DNA from: Escherichia phage JSSK01
Strand: one strand, 5' to 3'
Sequence record: OQ442786
Length of the DNA: 44,509 nucleotides
Made by a program: the position numbers and the translations under genes
Notes under the pieces: model-generated
What the model was told of the DNA's origin: nothing
The model's input: the letters and a program-made list of their open reading frames with translations, nothing else
The model's database searches: none
Shown: positions 1 to 8,456 of the stretch, in pieces
Layout of the letters: each line of letters begins with the position of its first letter
Position numbering within the stretch: the first letter of the stretch is position 1

Positions 1-128
1 GATGGACGAATACGAAGGCGTTTAGTAAACTTACATCACGCTGCTTGTGCTTGCATACTAAGCCCTGGTAAACCTGAAGCAGCAGCCCAGGCGGTGGAGA
101 CTGCGTAGGGTTCAGGGGCTTATGCCCG

Positions 129-160
129 AAACCCGGACCGCGAATCCGGGTTTTATTTTA
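129..160 (+). terminator. rho-independent terminator (stem CCCGGA/TCCGGG followed by TTTTATTTT)
   Basis: GC hairpin followed by T-run, read directly from sequence. Confidence 0.55.
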
Positions 161-164
161 CCAA

Positions 165-193
165 TTGACACCTAAGACTAATCAGACGATACT
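165..193 (+). promoter_or_regulatory. sigma70-like promoter TTGACA-17-GATACT
   Basis: consensus -35 hexamer, 17 bp spacer, 4/6 -10 hexamer. Confidence 0.45.
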
Positions 194-234
194 TAAATCA
201 CCTCCTGTTCCATCCCTCTGCTCTCCAGTTTTAT

Positions 235-265
235 CCCGGCCCTGACCCAGCCGGGATTTTTTTTA
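235..265 (+). terminator. strong rho-independent terminator (CCCGGC/GCCGGG stem plus T8)
   Basis: 6-bp GC stem, 9-nt loop, run of 8 T. Confidence 0.7.
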
Positions 266-286
266 TCTGTTTTCTGTAATGACTAG

Positions 287-315
287 TTGACTATTATCCT
301 CGACCCTATTATATT
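287..315 (+). promoter_or_regulatory. early promoter TTGACT-17-TATATT with AACGAGA leader box
   Basis: near-consensus hexamers with 17 bp spacer; leader shares ATCGA-AACGAGA box with promoters at ~40039 and ~41735. Confidence 0.55.
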
Positions 316-349
316 TACTTCATCGACAACGAGAACGGAGTAGAGAGAA

Positions 350-547
350 ATGGGCAACGTATCGACGATAGAAATAACCGAAGAACTCGAAGTTAAATGT
401 ATCGCATCAGTTATAGGGAATGGTTCGGTGGAAAAACTACAGATGAGGGCTGCTGCGGGCTACATACGCAGGGCTAATAGCGCGCAGACTGATGTTTTAC
501 GTAAACGTTACCTCGTGAAAGCGTTAGAAATACTGGAGAATAACTAA
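350..547 (+). CDS. hypothetical early protein (65 aa)
   Basis: ATG ORF after purine-rich GGAG...GAGAGAAA leader; first ORF downstream of promoter; no recognisable motif. Confidence 0.5.
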   Translation: MGNVSTIEITEELEVKCIASVIGNGSVEKLQMRAAAGYIRRANSAQTDVLRKRYLVKALEILENN

Positions 548-696
548 TGAAAATTACAGATATCGAAGCATTCAAAGACGCACAACTGATGGCACGCATC
601 GCCGTTAGCAACCTGAGCAACAGCATCCCAGCGGCTGCATTCTGGTTCGCCGCGATGCAGACACTGAAAGCAGCTTATGCAGGAGAGAAGAAATGA
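547..696 (+). CDS. hypothetical small protein (49 aa)
   Basis: not in track (<60 aa); ATG overlaps upstream stop (TAATG); its stop overlaps next ATG (ATGA). Confidence 0.35.
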   Translation: MKITDIEAFKDAQLMARIAVSNLSNSIPAAAFWFAAMQTLKAAYAGEKK

Positions 697-902
697 TCGA
701 CGTTATCGTTGGTGGCATCTATAAGAGTAATTACTCGTGGGGTGATGTAGGTGAAGTTAGTTTCATTGTAACTGCGGTTGGGTTGGACCACGTACTTATC
801 GCCGACTACCCATTGATGAAATTCAATGAATCCTATTCAGAATATTGTGTTGGTAGAAAGGAGTTCGAGGCTAAATTTAAGTTTGCAGGAGAGAAGAAAT
901 GA
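693..902 (+). CDS. hypothetical early protein (69 aa)
   Basis: ATGA start/stop coupling with flanking ORFs. Confidence 0.5.
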   Translation: MIDVIVGGIYKSNYSWGDVGEVSFIVTAVGLDHVLIADYPLMKFNESYSEYCVGRKEFEAKFKFAGEKK

Positions 903-1096
903 AAGTTAAAGCCGCTAAAATTCTCTGGTTAGCCGCCCTTGACTATGTGACAGAGGGTAAAGTGTACGATGTGTACAACCCGACAGCTACTGGTTTCGGT
1001 TATATAGACTCCGACGACGACTGCTATATTTTCATAGACTTTGGTAACGATGAAGGTGATGGCTTCCACGGCGTTAAATGGGAGATTGTAGAATGA
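899..1096 (+). CDS. hypothetical early protein (65 aa)
   Basis: ATGA-coupled ORF; preceded by the 19-nt junction repeat containing its SD. Confidence 0.5.
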   Translation: MKVKAAKILWLAALDYVTEGKVYDVYNPTATGFGYIDSDDDCYIFIDFGNDEGDGFHGVKWEIVE

Positions 1097-1251
1097 GCGA
1101 ACAAGGTCAAGTAAGCCAACCATTACGAGTAGGCCGTAAAGTCAGTCACGCCCCGTTCCCGTCACGCGAGGAACTGATGAAACGCAACAGTTTCCCGGGG
1201 CCGGACAAGAACAAGTATCTCAATCGCATGTGGGGAGAGCGTAAAGAATGA
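1093..1251 (+). CDS. hypothetical small protein (52 aa)
   Basis: not in track; ATGA coupling at both ends. Confidence 0.35.
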   Translation: MSEQGQVSQPLRVGRKVSHAPFPSREELMKRNSFPGPDKNKYLNRMWGERKE

Positions 1252-1421
1252 CTGACCGCGAATATGAGAAAGCATGCGTAGAGTCGGCGCTAGGTATGTA
1301 CGCTATTGAAGAGTGCGACAAGACGATTGCCGAATTAGAAAAGGCGTTATCTGTGGTACAGGAGCATCGTCGTGAACTGATTAACCGCTTCAACCTGAAC
1401 AAAGGTGATACCAATGCCTAA
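1248..1421 (+). CDS. hypothetical small protein (57 aa)
   Basis: not in track; ATGA coupling to upstream ORF. Confidence 0.35.
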   Translation: MTDREYEKACVESALGMYAIEECDKTIAELEKALSVVQEHRRELINRFNLNKGDTNA

Positions 1422-1704
1422 AATCACAATCGCATCACTCGAGCGCCGTATTCTGGTGCTTGAGTCAGAGAAACAGACGTTAGGCGGGCAACTGTCAATT
1501 AACGGTGAGTTTCAACTGGAGGCGTTTAAAGAGCTACTGGCTATTAAGACGCAAGAACCGAACGTGTACGCGGGGTTGTTCGTCGGTGACGACAGTTCTT
1601 CTCTGGCTTATTACAACACGGCAACTGCAGCTTCAAAGGACGGGGCCGACGTAATAATCCCGCTGTATGACAATGTTGTTGAGCCAGAAGATGAAAACGC
1701 CTGA
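1414..1704 (+). CDS. hypothetical early protein (96 aa)
   Basis: track ORF 1405-1704 begins at GTG; the in-frame ATG at 1414 (MPKIT...) is the likelier start. Confidence 0.5.
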   Translation: MPKITIASLERRILVLESEKQTLGGQLSINGEFQLEAFKELLAIKTQEPNVYAGLFVGDDSSSLAYYNTATAASKDGADVIIPLYDNVVEPEDENA

Positions 1705-1873
1705 GCCAGTAGTTATCGATGGCGTCCTGTGGAAACCCTACTCGGTTAACCACATCGACGCCGACGGGAAGAAGTTCAGCTTCTACATTTTTGCAATTAG
1801 CCGTGAGCACGCCGCTTGTGTGGTCGATGATATACGAGAGACGGCGTGGCTTGGTGATGAGATAGTGGGGTGA
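1691..1873 (+). CDS. hypothetical early protein (60 aa)
   Basis: track ORF 1667-1873; internal ATG at 1691 overlaps upstream stop. Confidence 0.45.
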   Translation: MKTPEPVVIDGVLWKPYSVNHIDADGKKFSFYIFAISREHAACVVDDIRETAWLGDEIVG

Positions 1874-1877
1874 GAGT

Positions 1878-1970
1878 ATGAGTCTCGAGGTGGTTATTGG
1901 CCTTGTAGCAGCAGGTTATTTTATCGGCGTATTGATTGGGTTTATGTGGGGTAGAGACAGTGTTCAGTGA
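1878..1970 (+). CDS. small hydrophobic peptide (30 aa, one predicted TM helix)
   Basis: not in track; GAGAG SD then ATG; sequence VVIGLVAAGYFIGVLIGFMW is membrane-like. Confidence 0.3.
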   Translation: MSLEVVIGLVAAGYFIGVLIGFMWGRDSVQ

Positions 1971-2130
1971 CATCAACGCAGCAATCGAAGAGGCAATCTG
2001 GCGCCGCTACAACGGAGAGCAGCAGCGGCACTTCTGCCTGGTGCAACGCGGCAACATGGTCGCCGTAGTGCAGGACCGTGATAACAAATATCCGAATGCG
2101 ATGTGGACGACGAGGAATTTCTTAGGATGA
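1936..2130 (+). CDS. hypothetical protein (start uncertain; in-frame GTG at 1960)
   Basis: track ORF; overlaps preceding peptide ORF. Confidence 0.4.
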   Translation: MGLCGVETVFSDINAAIEEAIWRRYNGEQQRHFCLVQRGNMVAVVQDRDNKYPNAMWTTRNFLG

Positions 2131-2324
2131 AACAGTTCCTCATAACCTTCAACTGGGCCGATGGTACAGGTGGCAACGGATTCGGCAACTGTAGCAGGTC
2201 ACCACTCAACGGCGATAAATTCACACATAAAGAGCTTAAAGATATAGAGCTCGACATTGCACGCATTATGGCTCGTGATGTTAAGGTTATAGTATTGAAT
2301 ATCGTGGAGATTGCGCCAGAATGA
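2127..2324 (+). CDS. hypothetical early protein (65 aa)
   Basis: track ORF 2103-2324; ATG at 2127 overlaps upstream stop. Confidence 0.45.
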   Translation: MKQFLITFNWADGTGGNGFGNCSRSPLNGDKFTHKELKDIELDIARIMARDVKVIVLNIVEIAPE

Positions 2325-2557
2325 TTACCAGCATTCCGAACCTGATTAAAGAATTCGGCACGATGGCCGAGACGTGCCGACAAACCGGCATCAACGAAAT
2401 GACGATTGCGAAGTACAGCAAAGACGTTAACTGCGAGCGCCACGTAATTTATAACAACCGTCTGATGACGCACGTTAAAACAAGCCCGGTGTTATTCACG
2501 CGCCGGGGTATCACTAAAACTGAGCAACGTATCGCACGAGAGGAGAGCGGGGAATGA
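2321..2557 (+). CDS. hypothetical early protein (78 aa)
   Basis: ATGA-coupled track ORF. Confidence 0.5.
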   Translation: MITSIPNLIKEFGTMAETCRQTGINEMTIAKYSKDVNCERHVIYNNRLMTHVKTSPVLFTRRGITKTEQRIAREESGE

Positions 2558-2655
2558 GACTACTAATCATCCCTAACGCCCGGGCCATTCCCGTAGCTAA
2601 CGACCATTACGGCGGCGACGGTAAAAGAGCACCACGCCACGGCCTATACAACTGA
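2554..2655 (+). CDS. hypothetical small protein (33 aa)
   Basis: not in track; ATGA coupling; followed by terminator. Confidence 0.3.
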   Translation: MRLLIIPNARAIPVANDHYGGDGKRAPRHGLYN

Positions 2656-2658
2656 TAC

Positions 2659-2684
2659 AAGCCCTCTACCGAGGGCTTTTCTGT
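2659..2684 (+). terminator. rho-independent terminator closing the early block
   Basis: AGCCCTC/GAGGGCT stem, TACC loop, TTTT. Confidence 0.55.
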
Positions 2685-2776
2685 ACATCCCGCCCAATCC
2701 CCTTATATAATCCATTTAGACGCGTAGGGCGCGTCTGGTGCGCTCTGATGGTCAGACGCATATGCAAGGGGATTCT

Positions 2777-3289
2777 ATGAAGCTGAAACTCAAGCAGCCA
2801 TCACCAGAGGTGGTGCAAGCTGCACATGAAGAAGCTGTTAGCGCAAACCGTCGCCGTAAACGACCGCGCGGTAAACAGAGCCTTTATCAATCATCCCGTA
2901 ATTCCGCCGCGTTGTGGGACCCGGACTATTGTGACGAATTGATTCGTTTCTTCGACCGCACGTCGTGGGAGGCTATGCCGACCGGTGCGCACGGAGACTA
3001 CAAAGCAGTCATTGCGGATAAACCGCCATCACTGGCTCGCTTCGCCTTACACATCGGTGTCACTATCCCGATTATTAAGCTGTGGCTGCGCGAGATTCCC
3101 TCATTTGCAGAAGCCTATGAAACGGCACAGGCGCTGGAAGAGGCGTATTTCACTGAGAATGGGGCCGCCGGTATCTCTGCTACGTTCGCCGCCGCTAAGC
3201 TGGGGCTGAATAAAACAGTTGTCGCCGAAGAAGTACGCGACGAGCCAATCAGTGAAGTAACAATTAAGGTGGTGTCCGGTGAACGTTAA
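2777..3289 (+). CDS. terminase small subunit (putative)
   Basis: 170-aa ORF directly upstream of and overlapping the large terminase; start reassigned to ATG 2777 with AAGGGG SD; basic N-terminus; call by position. Confidence 0.5.
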   Translation: MKLKLKQPSPEVVQAAHEEAVSANRRRKRPRGKQSLYQSSRNSAALWDPDYCDELIRFFDRTSWEAMPTGAHGDYKAVIADKPPSLARFALHIGVTIPIIKLWLREIPSFAEAYETAQALEEAYFTENGAAGISATFAAAKLGLNKTVVAEEVRDEPISEVTIKVVSGER

Positions 3290-4550
3290 TATCACGGCAA
3301 CGGAACCTCAAGGCGCATTTCTTGGGATGCATTGCAAGTTCCCTGCGTTCGTGGCTGGCTTCGGCACCGGGAAATCAGAGGTTATGTGTAACTCCGCGCT
3401 ACTGGACAGCATGGAGGGTGGCAGCGATTCTATCATCGCCATGTATGAGCCTACTTATGACCTGGTACGCCTTATCCTTGCGCCCCGTATGGAAGAGAAG
3501 CTGACGGACTGGGGTATCCGGTACAAATACAATAAGTCCGACAACATAATCTATACGTCATCCGGTCAATTTGGGGATTTTGTCCTGCGTACATTAGATA
3601 ACCCAGCACGAATCGTTGGTTACGAGTCATTTCGTGCAAAAATCGACGAGTTGGATACCCTGAACATGGAACACGCGGAGCACGCATGGAACAAAGTCAT
3701 CGCCCGTAACCGTCAGTTGCCGAGGACGTATAAACCTATTACGCCAAAACCTGCTAATACCGTTTCCGTGTTCACTACGCCGGAAGGATTCCGTTTCGTG
3801 CATGACCGCTGGGTTGTTAAAAAGAATCCTGGTTACGAGATGATTCAGGCGTCCACCCTGTCTAACCCGTTCCTGCCAGAAGATTATGTGCAGTCCTTAC
3901 GAGATACCTACCCCGGGCAGTTGATTGATGCCTACATCAACGGCGAGTTCGTAAACCTCACGGCTGGGACGGTCTACTACGCTTACGACCGCAGGAAAAA
4001 CAGCAGTCGCGAAACAATCAAGCCTGGTGAGACTCTGTATATTGGGCAGGATTTTAACGTAGGCCATATGGCGAGCACAGTCTACGTGCAACGCGGAAAG
4101 GTGTGGCACGCTGTCGCCGAGTTGGTTGATATGTTCGATACGCCGGATGTAGTGCGAGCCATAACGGAGCGCTGGAAAAGTAAGGGCCATTATATCGTTA
4201 TGTACCCGGACGCCAGCGGCAAGAACCGTAAAAGCAACAACGCCAGCACCTCCGACATCGCCCAGCTACAGCAGGCCGGTTTCGAAGTACGCGCTAAATC
4301 GACAAACCCACCGGTTAAAGACCGCGTATCTGCGATGAATAAGGCGCTTGAATCTGGTATGGTCATGATTAACGAACAGGCTTGCCCGGTTACTGCTCGA
4401 TGCCTGGAGCAGCAAGCCTACGACAAGAACGGCGAACCGGATAAATCAGGTGGTGTTGACCACCAGAATGATGGAACCACATACCCTATCGCGTATGAAA
4501 TGCCGATTCGCAAACCAGTTATTAACGTCCCGGTGACTTTCGCACTTTAA
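3279..4550 (+). CDS. terminase large subunit
   Basis: 423 aa; Walker A-like GFGTGKS near N-terminus; GTG start after AAGGTGG SD; immediately upstream of portal. Confidence 0.85.
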   Translation: MNVNITATEPQGAFLGMHCKFPAFVAGFGTGKSEVMCNSALLDSMEGGSDSIIAMYEPTYDLVRLILAPRMEEKLTDWGIRYKYNKSDNIIYTSSGQFGDFVLRTLDNPARIVGYESFRAKIDELDTLNMEHAEHAWNKVIARNRQLPRTYKPITPKPANTVSVFTTPEGFRFVHDRWVVKKNPGYEMIQASTLSNPFLPEDYVQSLRDTYPGQLIDAYINGEFVNLTAGTVYYAYDRRKNSSRETIKPGETLYIGQDFNVGHMASTVYVQRGKVWHAVAELVDMFDTPDVVRAITERWKSKGHYIVMYPDASGKNRKSNNASTSDIAQLQQAGFEVRAKSTNPPVKDRVSAMNKALESGMVMINEQACPVTARCLEQQAYDKNGEPDKSGGVDHQNDGTTYPIAYEMPIRKPVINVPVTFAL

Positions 4551-4562
4551 GAGGATTATTCA

Positions 4563-6044
4563 ATGTTAACTATGAACGGTCAGAATCAGGGTGTTAAGAC
4601 TAAACACCGGGAATGGCTGCATCACTTCAATAAATGGCAGAAGGTACGCCACGCGCTGGAAGGCGACCTTATTCGCTACCTGCGCAACGTCGGGAAGAAC
4701 GAGCCTGACCCGACCTACGCAGCACAGCGCCAGGAAGAATACGAGAATGGCGCTATCTGCTACAACTTCACTAAACGTACCCTGGCGGGGATGGTTGGTA
4801 GCGTCATGCGCAAAGACCCCGAACAAATTATTCCGCCTGAGCTTGAGTACCTGTTACGTAATGCGGATGGTTCTGGTGCCGGGCTGTGGCAGCACGCGCA
4901 GGACACTTTGATGGAGATTGACTCAGTGGGCCGTGGCGGGTTGCTGGTGGACGCCCCGGAGACAGCTGCGGCAACGGCAGCAGAGCAGAACGCAGGATTA
5001 TTAAACCCGGTCATCGCATTCTACACCGCAGAGAACATCATCAACTGGCGATTGACTCGCGTCGGTTCAGTGAACCGCGTAACGATGGTCGTGCTGCGTG
5101 AGGTATGGGAATACTCTGAACCGGGAGCAGAGTTCGAAACAAAGTTCGGTGAGCAGTACCGTGTTCTCGATTTGATTGACGGGCGCTACCGCCAGCGCAT
5201 TTACCGCTTCGACGCTGAAGGTGGCGCTCAGGGCGAAGTAATCGAAATCTTCCCGGAACTCGGCGAACAGTTACGCGGCAAAATCCCGTTCACGTTCATC
5301 GGGGCAAGCAACAACGATGCGACCATCGACGACGCCCCTTTGCTGCCGTTAGCTGAGCTTAATATCGGGCATTTCCGCAACAGCGCGGACAACGAGGAAT
5401 CCAGCTTCGTTGTAGGCCAGCCTACTCTGTTCATCGCCCCTGGCGAGAACATGAGCATGGAACAGTGGAAAGAAGCCAACCCTCACGGCGTGCGCATGGG
5501 GTCGCGTTCGGGTCATAACATAGGTTACGGCGGCAATGCATTTCTTGTTCAGGCAGGAGAGAACAACCTCGCCAAACAGAATATGCTGGATAAAGAGAAT
5601 CAGGCTATCCAGATTGGCGCGCAGCTTATCACCCCGACGCAGCAAATCACCGCTGAATCGGCCCGCCTGCAACGCGGCGCTGACACGTCCGTTATGGCGA
5701 CAATCGCACGTAACGTAAGCATGGCGTATACCGATGCGTTGCGCTGGGCGGCGGCGATGCTAGGGCTACGTGAAGACACAGAAATCGAGTTCAAGCTGAA
5801 TATGGAGTTCTTCCTGCAACCGATGACCGCTCCCGAACGAGCGCAGTGGATGGCGGATATTAACGCTGGCCTGCTACCCGCTACTGCTTATTACGCGGCA
5901 TTGCGCAAGGCCGGTGTAACTGACTGGACAGACGAAGATATTCGGAACGCTATCGAGGATGCGCCGCTGCCGTTAGGTACTGTTGCTCAGGTGGAGGGGG
6001 AGATTCCGCGGTCGGCACAGCAACAAGACGCCGCCCAGCAGTAA
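4563..6044 (+). CDS. portal protein
   Basis: 493-aa ORF directly downstream of terminase large subunit, acidic C-terminus; call by position and size. Confidence 0.8.
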   Translation: MLTMNGQNQGVKTKHREWLHHFNKWQKVRHALEGDLIRYLRNVGKNEPDPTYAAQRQEEYENGAICYNFTKRTLAGMVGSVMRKDPEQIIPPELEYLLRNADGSGAGLWQHAQDTLMEIDSVGRGGLLVDAPETAAATAAEQNAGLLNPVIAFYTAENIINWRLTRVGSVNRVTMVVLREVWEYSEPGAEFETKFGEQYRVLDLIDGRYRQRIYRFDAEGGAQGEVIEIFPELGEQLRGKIPFTFIGASNNDATIDDAPLLPLAELNIGHFRNSADNEESSFVVGQPTLFIAPGENMSMEQWKEANPHGVRMGSRSGHNIGYGGNAFLVQAGENNLAKQNMLDKENQAIQIGAQLITPTQQITAESARLQRGADTSVMATIARNVSMAYTDALRWAAAMLGLREDTEIEFKLNMEFFLQPMTAPERAQWMADINAGLLPATAYYAALRKAGVTDWTDEDIRNAIEDAPLPLGTVAQVEGEIPRSAQQQDAAQQ

Positions 6045-6054
6045 GTTCATCTAT

Positions 6055-6076
6055 AGCCCCGAAAGGGGCTTTCTTA
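6055..6076 (+). terminator. hairpin AGCCCC-GAAA-GGGGCT with short T-run (attenuator)
   Basis: read from sequence. Confidence 0.35.
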
Positions 6077-6080
6077 TAGT

Positions 6081-7157
6081 ATGCTATTAACTTTAGCACC
6101 GCAGGGTTTATCTATGAGCTTACTTACATCCCTAATCAGCCACCAGATTTGGCTGCAACGCACCGCATCCGGTGAGGTGAAAGACCTAGCACCGTTCATT
6201 CAGGAGATGCGGGACGAAATAAAACGGCAGGTGCTGTTATTCGGCGACGACGGTCGCTCCACACGGCGACTGAATAAACTGTTACGCGACCTTGAAGAAG
6301 CACTGGCGGGACTTACCGGTGACTGGCAAACAAAGCTGACAGAAGACCTTAAGGAGCTGGCGACGTATGAGGCTGAGTGGAACGTAAAGACACTTACCAC
6401 CAACGTTAACGCGGAATTTGTTACACCTACCGCCGAGCAGGTGTGGGCCGCTGCCGAGTTTCAACCTCTGTCGCTAAGTGACAAGCCCGTTGACTTCACC
6501 AAGCTGATGTCAGGCTGGGGTGAAGCGGAGGTCGCGCGCCTTGTAACTGGCGTTAAGATGGGCTTTGTGCAAGGCCAAACCACACGGCAGATTGTTAAAG
6601 AAGTAGTTGGTAAAGGCGGCCTGGCTGACGTATCAGAGAAACACGCTGCTACAGTAATCCGCACCGCGCTGTCCCACGTGTCCAACGAAGCCCGTAATGA
6701 GACGTACCGCCAGAACGACGACATTATCGAGAAATATGAGTGGGTGTCTACTCTTGATTCTAGGACCTCAGCCGTTTGCAAGGCCAGAGATGGGATGACG
6801 TGGGAAATCGGTAAGGGTCCGATGCCTCCGGCCCATTTTGGGTGCAGAAGTACCACTGCGCCTGTAATCAGTTCGGAGTTCTACTTCCTCGATAAAGGCG
6901 CAAAACGAGCGGCTAAGGGTGCGGACGGAGGTACTCAGGTAAGCGCAGACACCACTTACTACGAGTTCCTGAAACAACAACCGGCATGGTTTCAGGACCA
7001 GGCTCTAGGCCCGGTGCGGGGTAAGATTTTCCGTAACAGCGGTATATCGCCGGAAGAGTTTCGCGTAATATCTGTAGATGGTTTCGGGAATCCGCTCACG
7101 CTTAAGCAGATGGCGGAACTCGATAAACGTGTTGCTGATTATCTGAAAGGGGAATAA
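6081..7157 (+). CDS. head morphogenesis protein (Mu F / SPP1 gp7-like)
   Basis: motif LDSRTSAVCKARDG...PPAHFGCRS resembles the conserved D-R...DG...P-H-x-CR signature of the Mu F family; follows portal. Confidence 0.7.
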   Translation: MLLTLAPQGLSMSLLTSLISHQIWLQRTASGEVKDLAPFIQEMRDEIKRQVLLFGDDGRSTRRLNKLLRDLEEALAGLTGDWQTKLTEDLKELATYEAEWNVKTLTTNVNAEFVTPTAEQVWAAAEFQPLSLSDKPVDFTKLMSGWGEAEVARLVTGVKMGFVQGQTTRQIVKEVVGKGGLADVSEKHAATVIRTALSHVSNEARNETYRQNDDIIEKYEWVSTLDSRTSAVCKARDGMTWEIGKGPMPPAHFGCRSTTAPVISSEFYFLDKGAKRAAKGADGGTQVSADTTYYEFLKQQPAWFQDQALGPVRGKIFRNSGISPEEFRVISVDGFGNPLTLKQMAELDKRVADYLKGE

Positions 7158-7618
7158 TGATGGGCTTTTTCAAAGTAACTGATGTACCGTCGCGTCGCGT
7201 AGTCCAGTACGCCCGTGTGCCTGGCTCCGGCGAGAACGTGGTATTTATTGAAGATGAAAGTGTACTGGGTGCGCCCGTAGACGATATGCCGTTTGCAGAT
7301 AAAACCGGTATTGCGCTACCGGCGGCGGGCATGCTTTATGAGATTCAGTACCTGGCGGATGCTGGTGATGTGTATTTCTCCGTACAACCGCAGGACGCTG
7401 AACTGGCAGACGGCAGCGCAAATATCGCTGTCGAAGTTAAGGCGGGCAAAGCACCATATGCGCTGGCCTGGTACAAAGACGGGAAGGAAGTGGTTAACGC
7501 CCCGGAAGAGGCTTTGTCTCTGACGGTTAATTCTGTTGGGGAATACTTCGTTAAAGTTACTGATGCCGATGGTGTAGAGGCTGTCAGCAAAGTGGCGAAG
7601 GTCACTAAGCCAGAATAA
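7157..7618 (+). CDS. Ig-like domain protein (possible capsid surface protein)
   Basis: C-terminal YALAWYKDGKEV...GEYFVKVTDADG resembles an I-set Ig fold signature. Confidence 0.5.
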   Translation: MMGFFKVTDVPSRRVVQYARVPGSGENVVFIEDESVLGAPVDDMPFADKTGIALPAAGMLYEIQYLADAGDVYFSVQPQDAELADGSANIAVEVKAGKAPYALAWYKDGKEVVNAPEEALSLTVNSVGEYFVKVTDADGVEAVSKVAKVTKPE

Positions 7619-7622
7619 ACTT

Positions 7623-7643
7623 AGGCCCCGAAAGGGGCTTTTT
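7623..7643 (+). terminator. rho-independent terminator (GGCCCC-GAAA-GGGGC, T5)
   Basis: read from sequence. Confidence 0.65.
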
Positions 7644-7707
7644 AATGCCTGTGATTATTCCAGTTATTCCACCAAATTGTAAATGTAGGAATAAACTATT
7701 CGAATAG

Positions 7708-7736
7708 TTGACTTTTCACTAAAAATGTGCTAAGCT
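7708..7736 (+). promoter_or_regulatory. promoter TTGACT-17-TGcTAAGCT overlapped by 12-bp palindrome CTATTCGAATAG
   Basis: consensus -35, extended -10 TG, weak -10 hexamer; perfect palindrome at ~7696-7707. Confidence 0.4.
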
Positions 7737-7742
7737 CCACCT

Positions 7743-7943
7743 GAGCTTGTGAAGTATGAACAAGCGACCGCGGCGCGGGCAGGTAACGGAGCGGGACGTA
7801 AGTCCTGAGTGTAGTTACGCTGACGCGTTCGGAAGGGCCATACTCTATTGCTTGTGTAAAAAGTAACTGGTTTACTGAGATTACGCCGTTTCTATGTTTA
7901 AATGATAAGGACTAGCGCCCCGCTTTAAGGCGGGGCTTTACTT
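7743..7943 (+). ncRNA. candidate ~200-nt transcript (sRNA or leader) between promoter and terminator
   Basis: no ORF of 60 aa or more on either strand; only a 36-aa Arg-rich ORF (~7756-7866) with no clear SD. Confidence 0.25.
7915..7943 (+). terminator. terminator/attenuator hairpin (GCCCCGC-TTTAAG-GCGGGGC) upstream of spanin SD
   Basis: 7-bp GC stem followed by TTTACTT. Confidence 0.45.
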
Positions 7944-7960
7944 ATCGAGAAAGGAGAAAC

Positions 7961-8347
7961 ATGAATCTTAAAGCAACTGTCGTAGCGGGGGCATGTTTCA
8001 TCATCCTGGCTTACGCACACGGCATCTACCAGTATCGCAGCGGCTGGAACGGAGGCCGGGCGAATCTCGTTTCGCAGCAACAGCAGAAAGCACAGGCTGA
8101 GTTAGCTAAGAAAACACAACGGCAGCAGCAGGATGAATCGAAGGCCGCAGCCGCCGGCAACGAAGGCAAGACGAAATCAGAGGTGATTACCCGTGAAGTC
8201 GTTAAGTACATTAAAACGCCTGGTCGCAGCGTGTGCACTTTTGACCCTGAGCGCGTGCAGCTCAAGTCCCGCGCCGTCGCAAACGCCAATTCCATCCCCG
8301 GATACGACGATGATGCAGCCGCCGTGCAAACTGGCACTGCCAAGTAA
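7961..8347 (+). CDS. i-spanin (Rz-like inner-membrane spanin subunit)
   Basis: AAGGAG SD; N-terminal TM helix (VVAGACFIILAYAHGIY) then Gln/Ala/Lys-rich segment; contains embedded +1-frame lipoprotein gene. Confidence 0.55.
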   Translation: MNLKATVVAGACFIILAYAHGIYQYRSGWNGGRANLVSQQQQKAQAELAKKTQRQQQDESKAAAAGNEGKTKSEVITREVVKYIKTPGRSVCTFDPERVQLKSRAVANANSIPGYDDDAAAVQTGTAK

Positions 8348-8456
8348 CGACGCGGATGAGGATTTAGCTATTGACGTCCAGAACGCAGAATGTGTACGGC
8401 AACTGAGACTTAAAGTGTTCATGTTGCAGGATTACGTGAGGAATATTCTGGAATAG
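8193..8456 (+). CDS. o-spanin (Rz1-like outer-membrane lipoprotein), embedded/overlapping in +1 frame
   Basis: GTG start after GAGGTGA SD; signal peptide with lipobox LSAC; Pro-rich mature region with a Cys. Confidence 0.6.
   Translation: MKSLSTLKRLVAACALLTLSACSSSPAPSQTPIPSPDTTMMQPPCKLALPSNDADEDLAIDVQNAECVRQLRLKVFMLQDYVRNILE

Noticed and set aside
1-25. Possible 3' end of an ORF running into the window (ends ...MDEYEGV, stop at 23-25)
   Set aside because: Too short to evaluate; could be the tail of a gene whose body lies outside the window.
1973-2473. 166-aa minus-strand ORF across the left early block
   Set aside because: Overlaps several coupled plus-strand ORFs; Arg/Ser/Leu-rich; no start signals.
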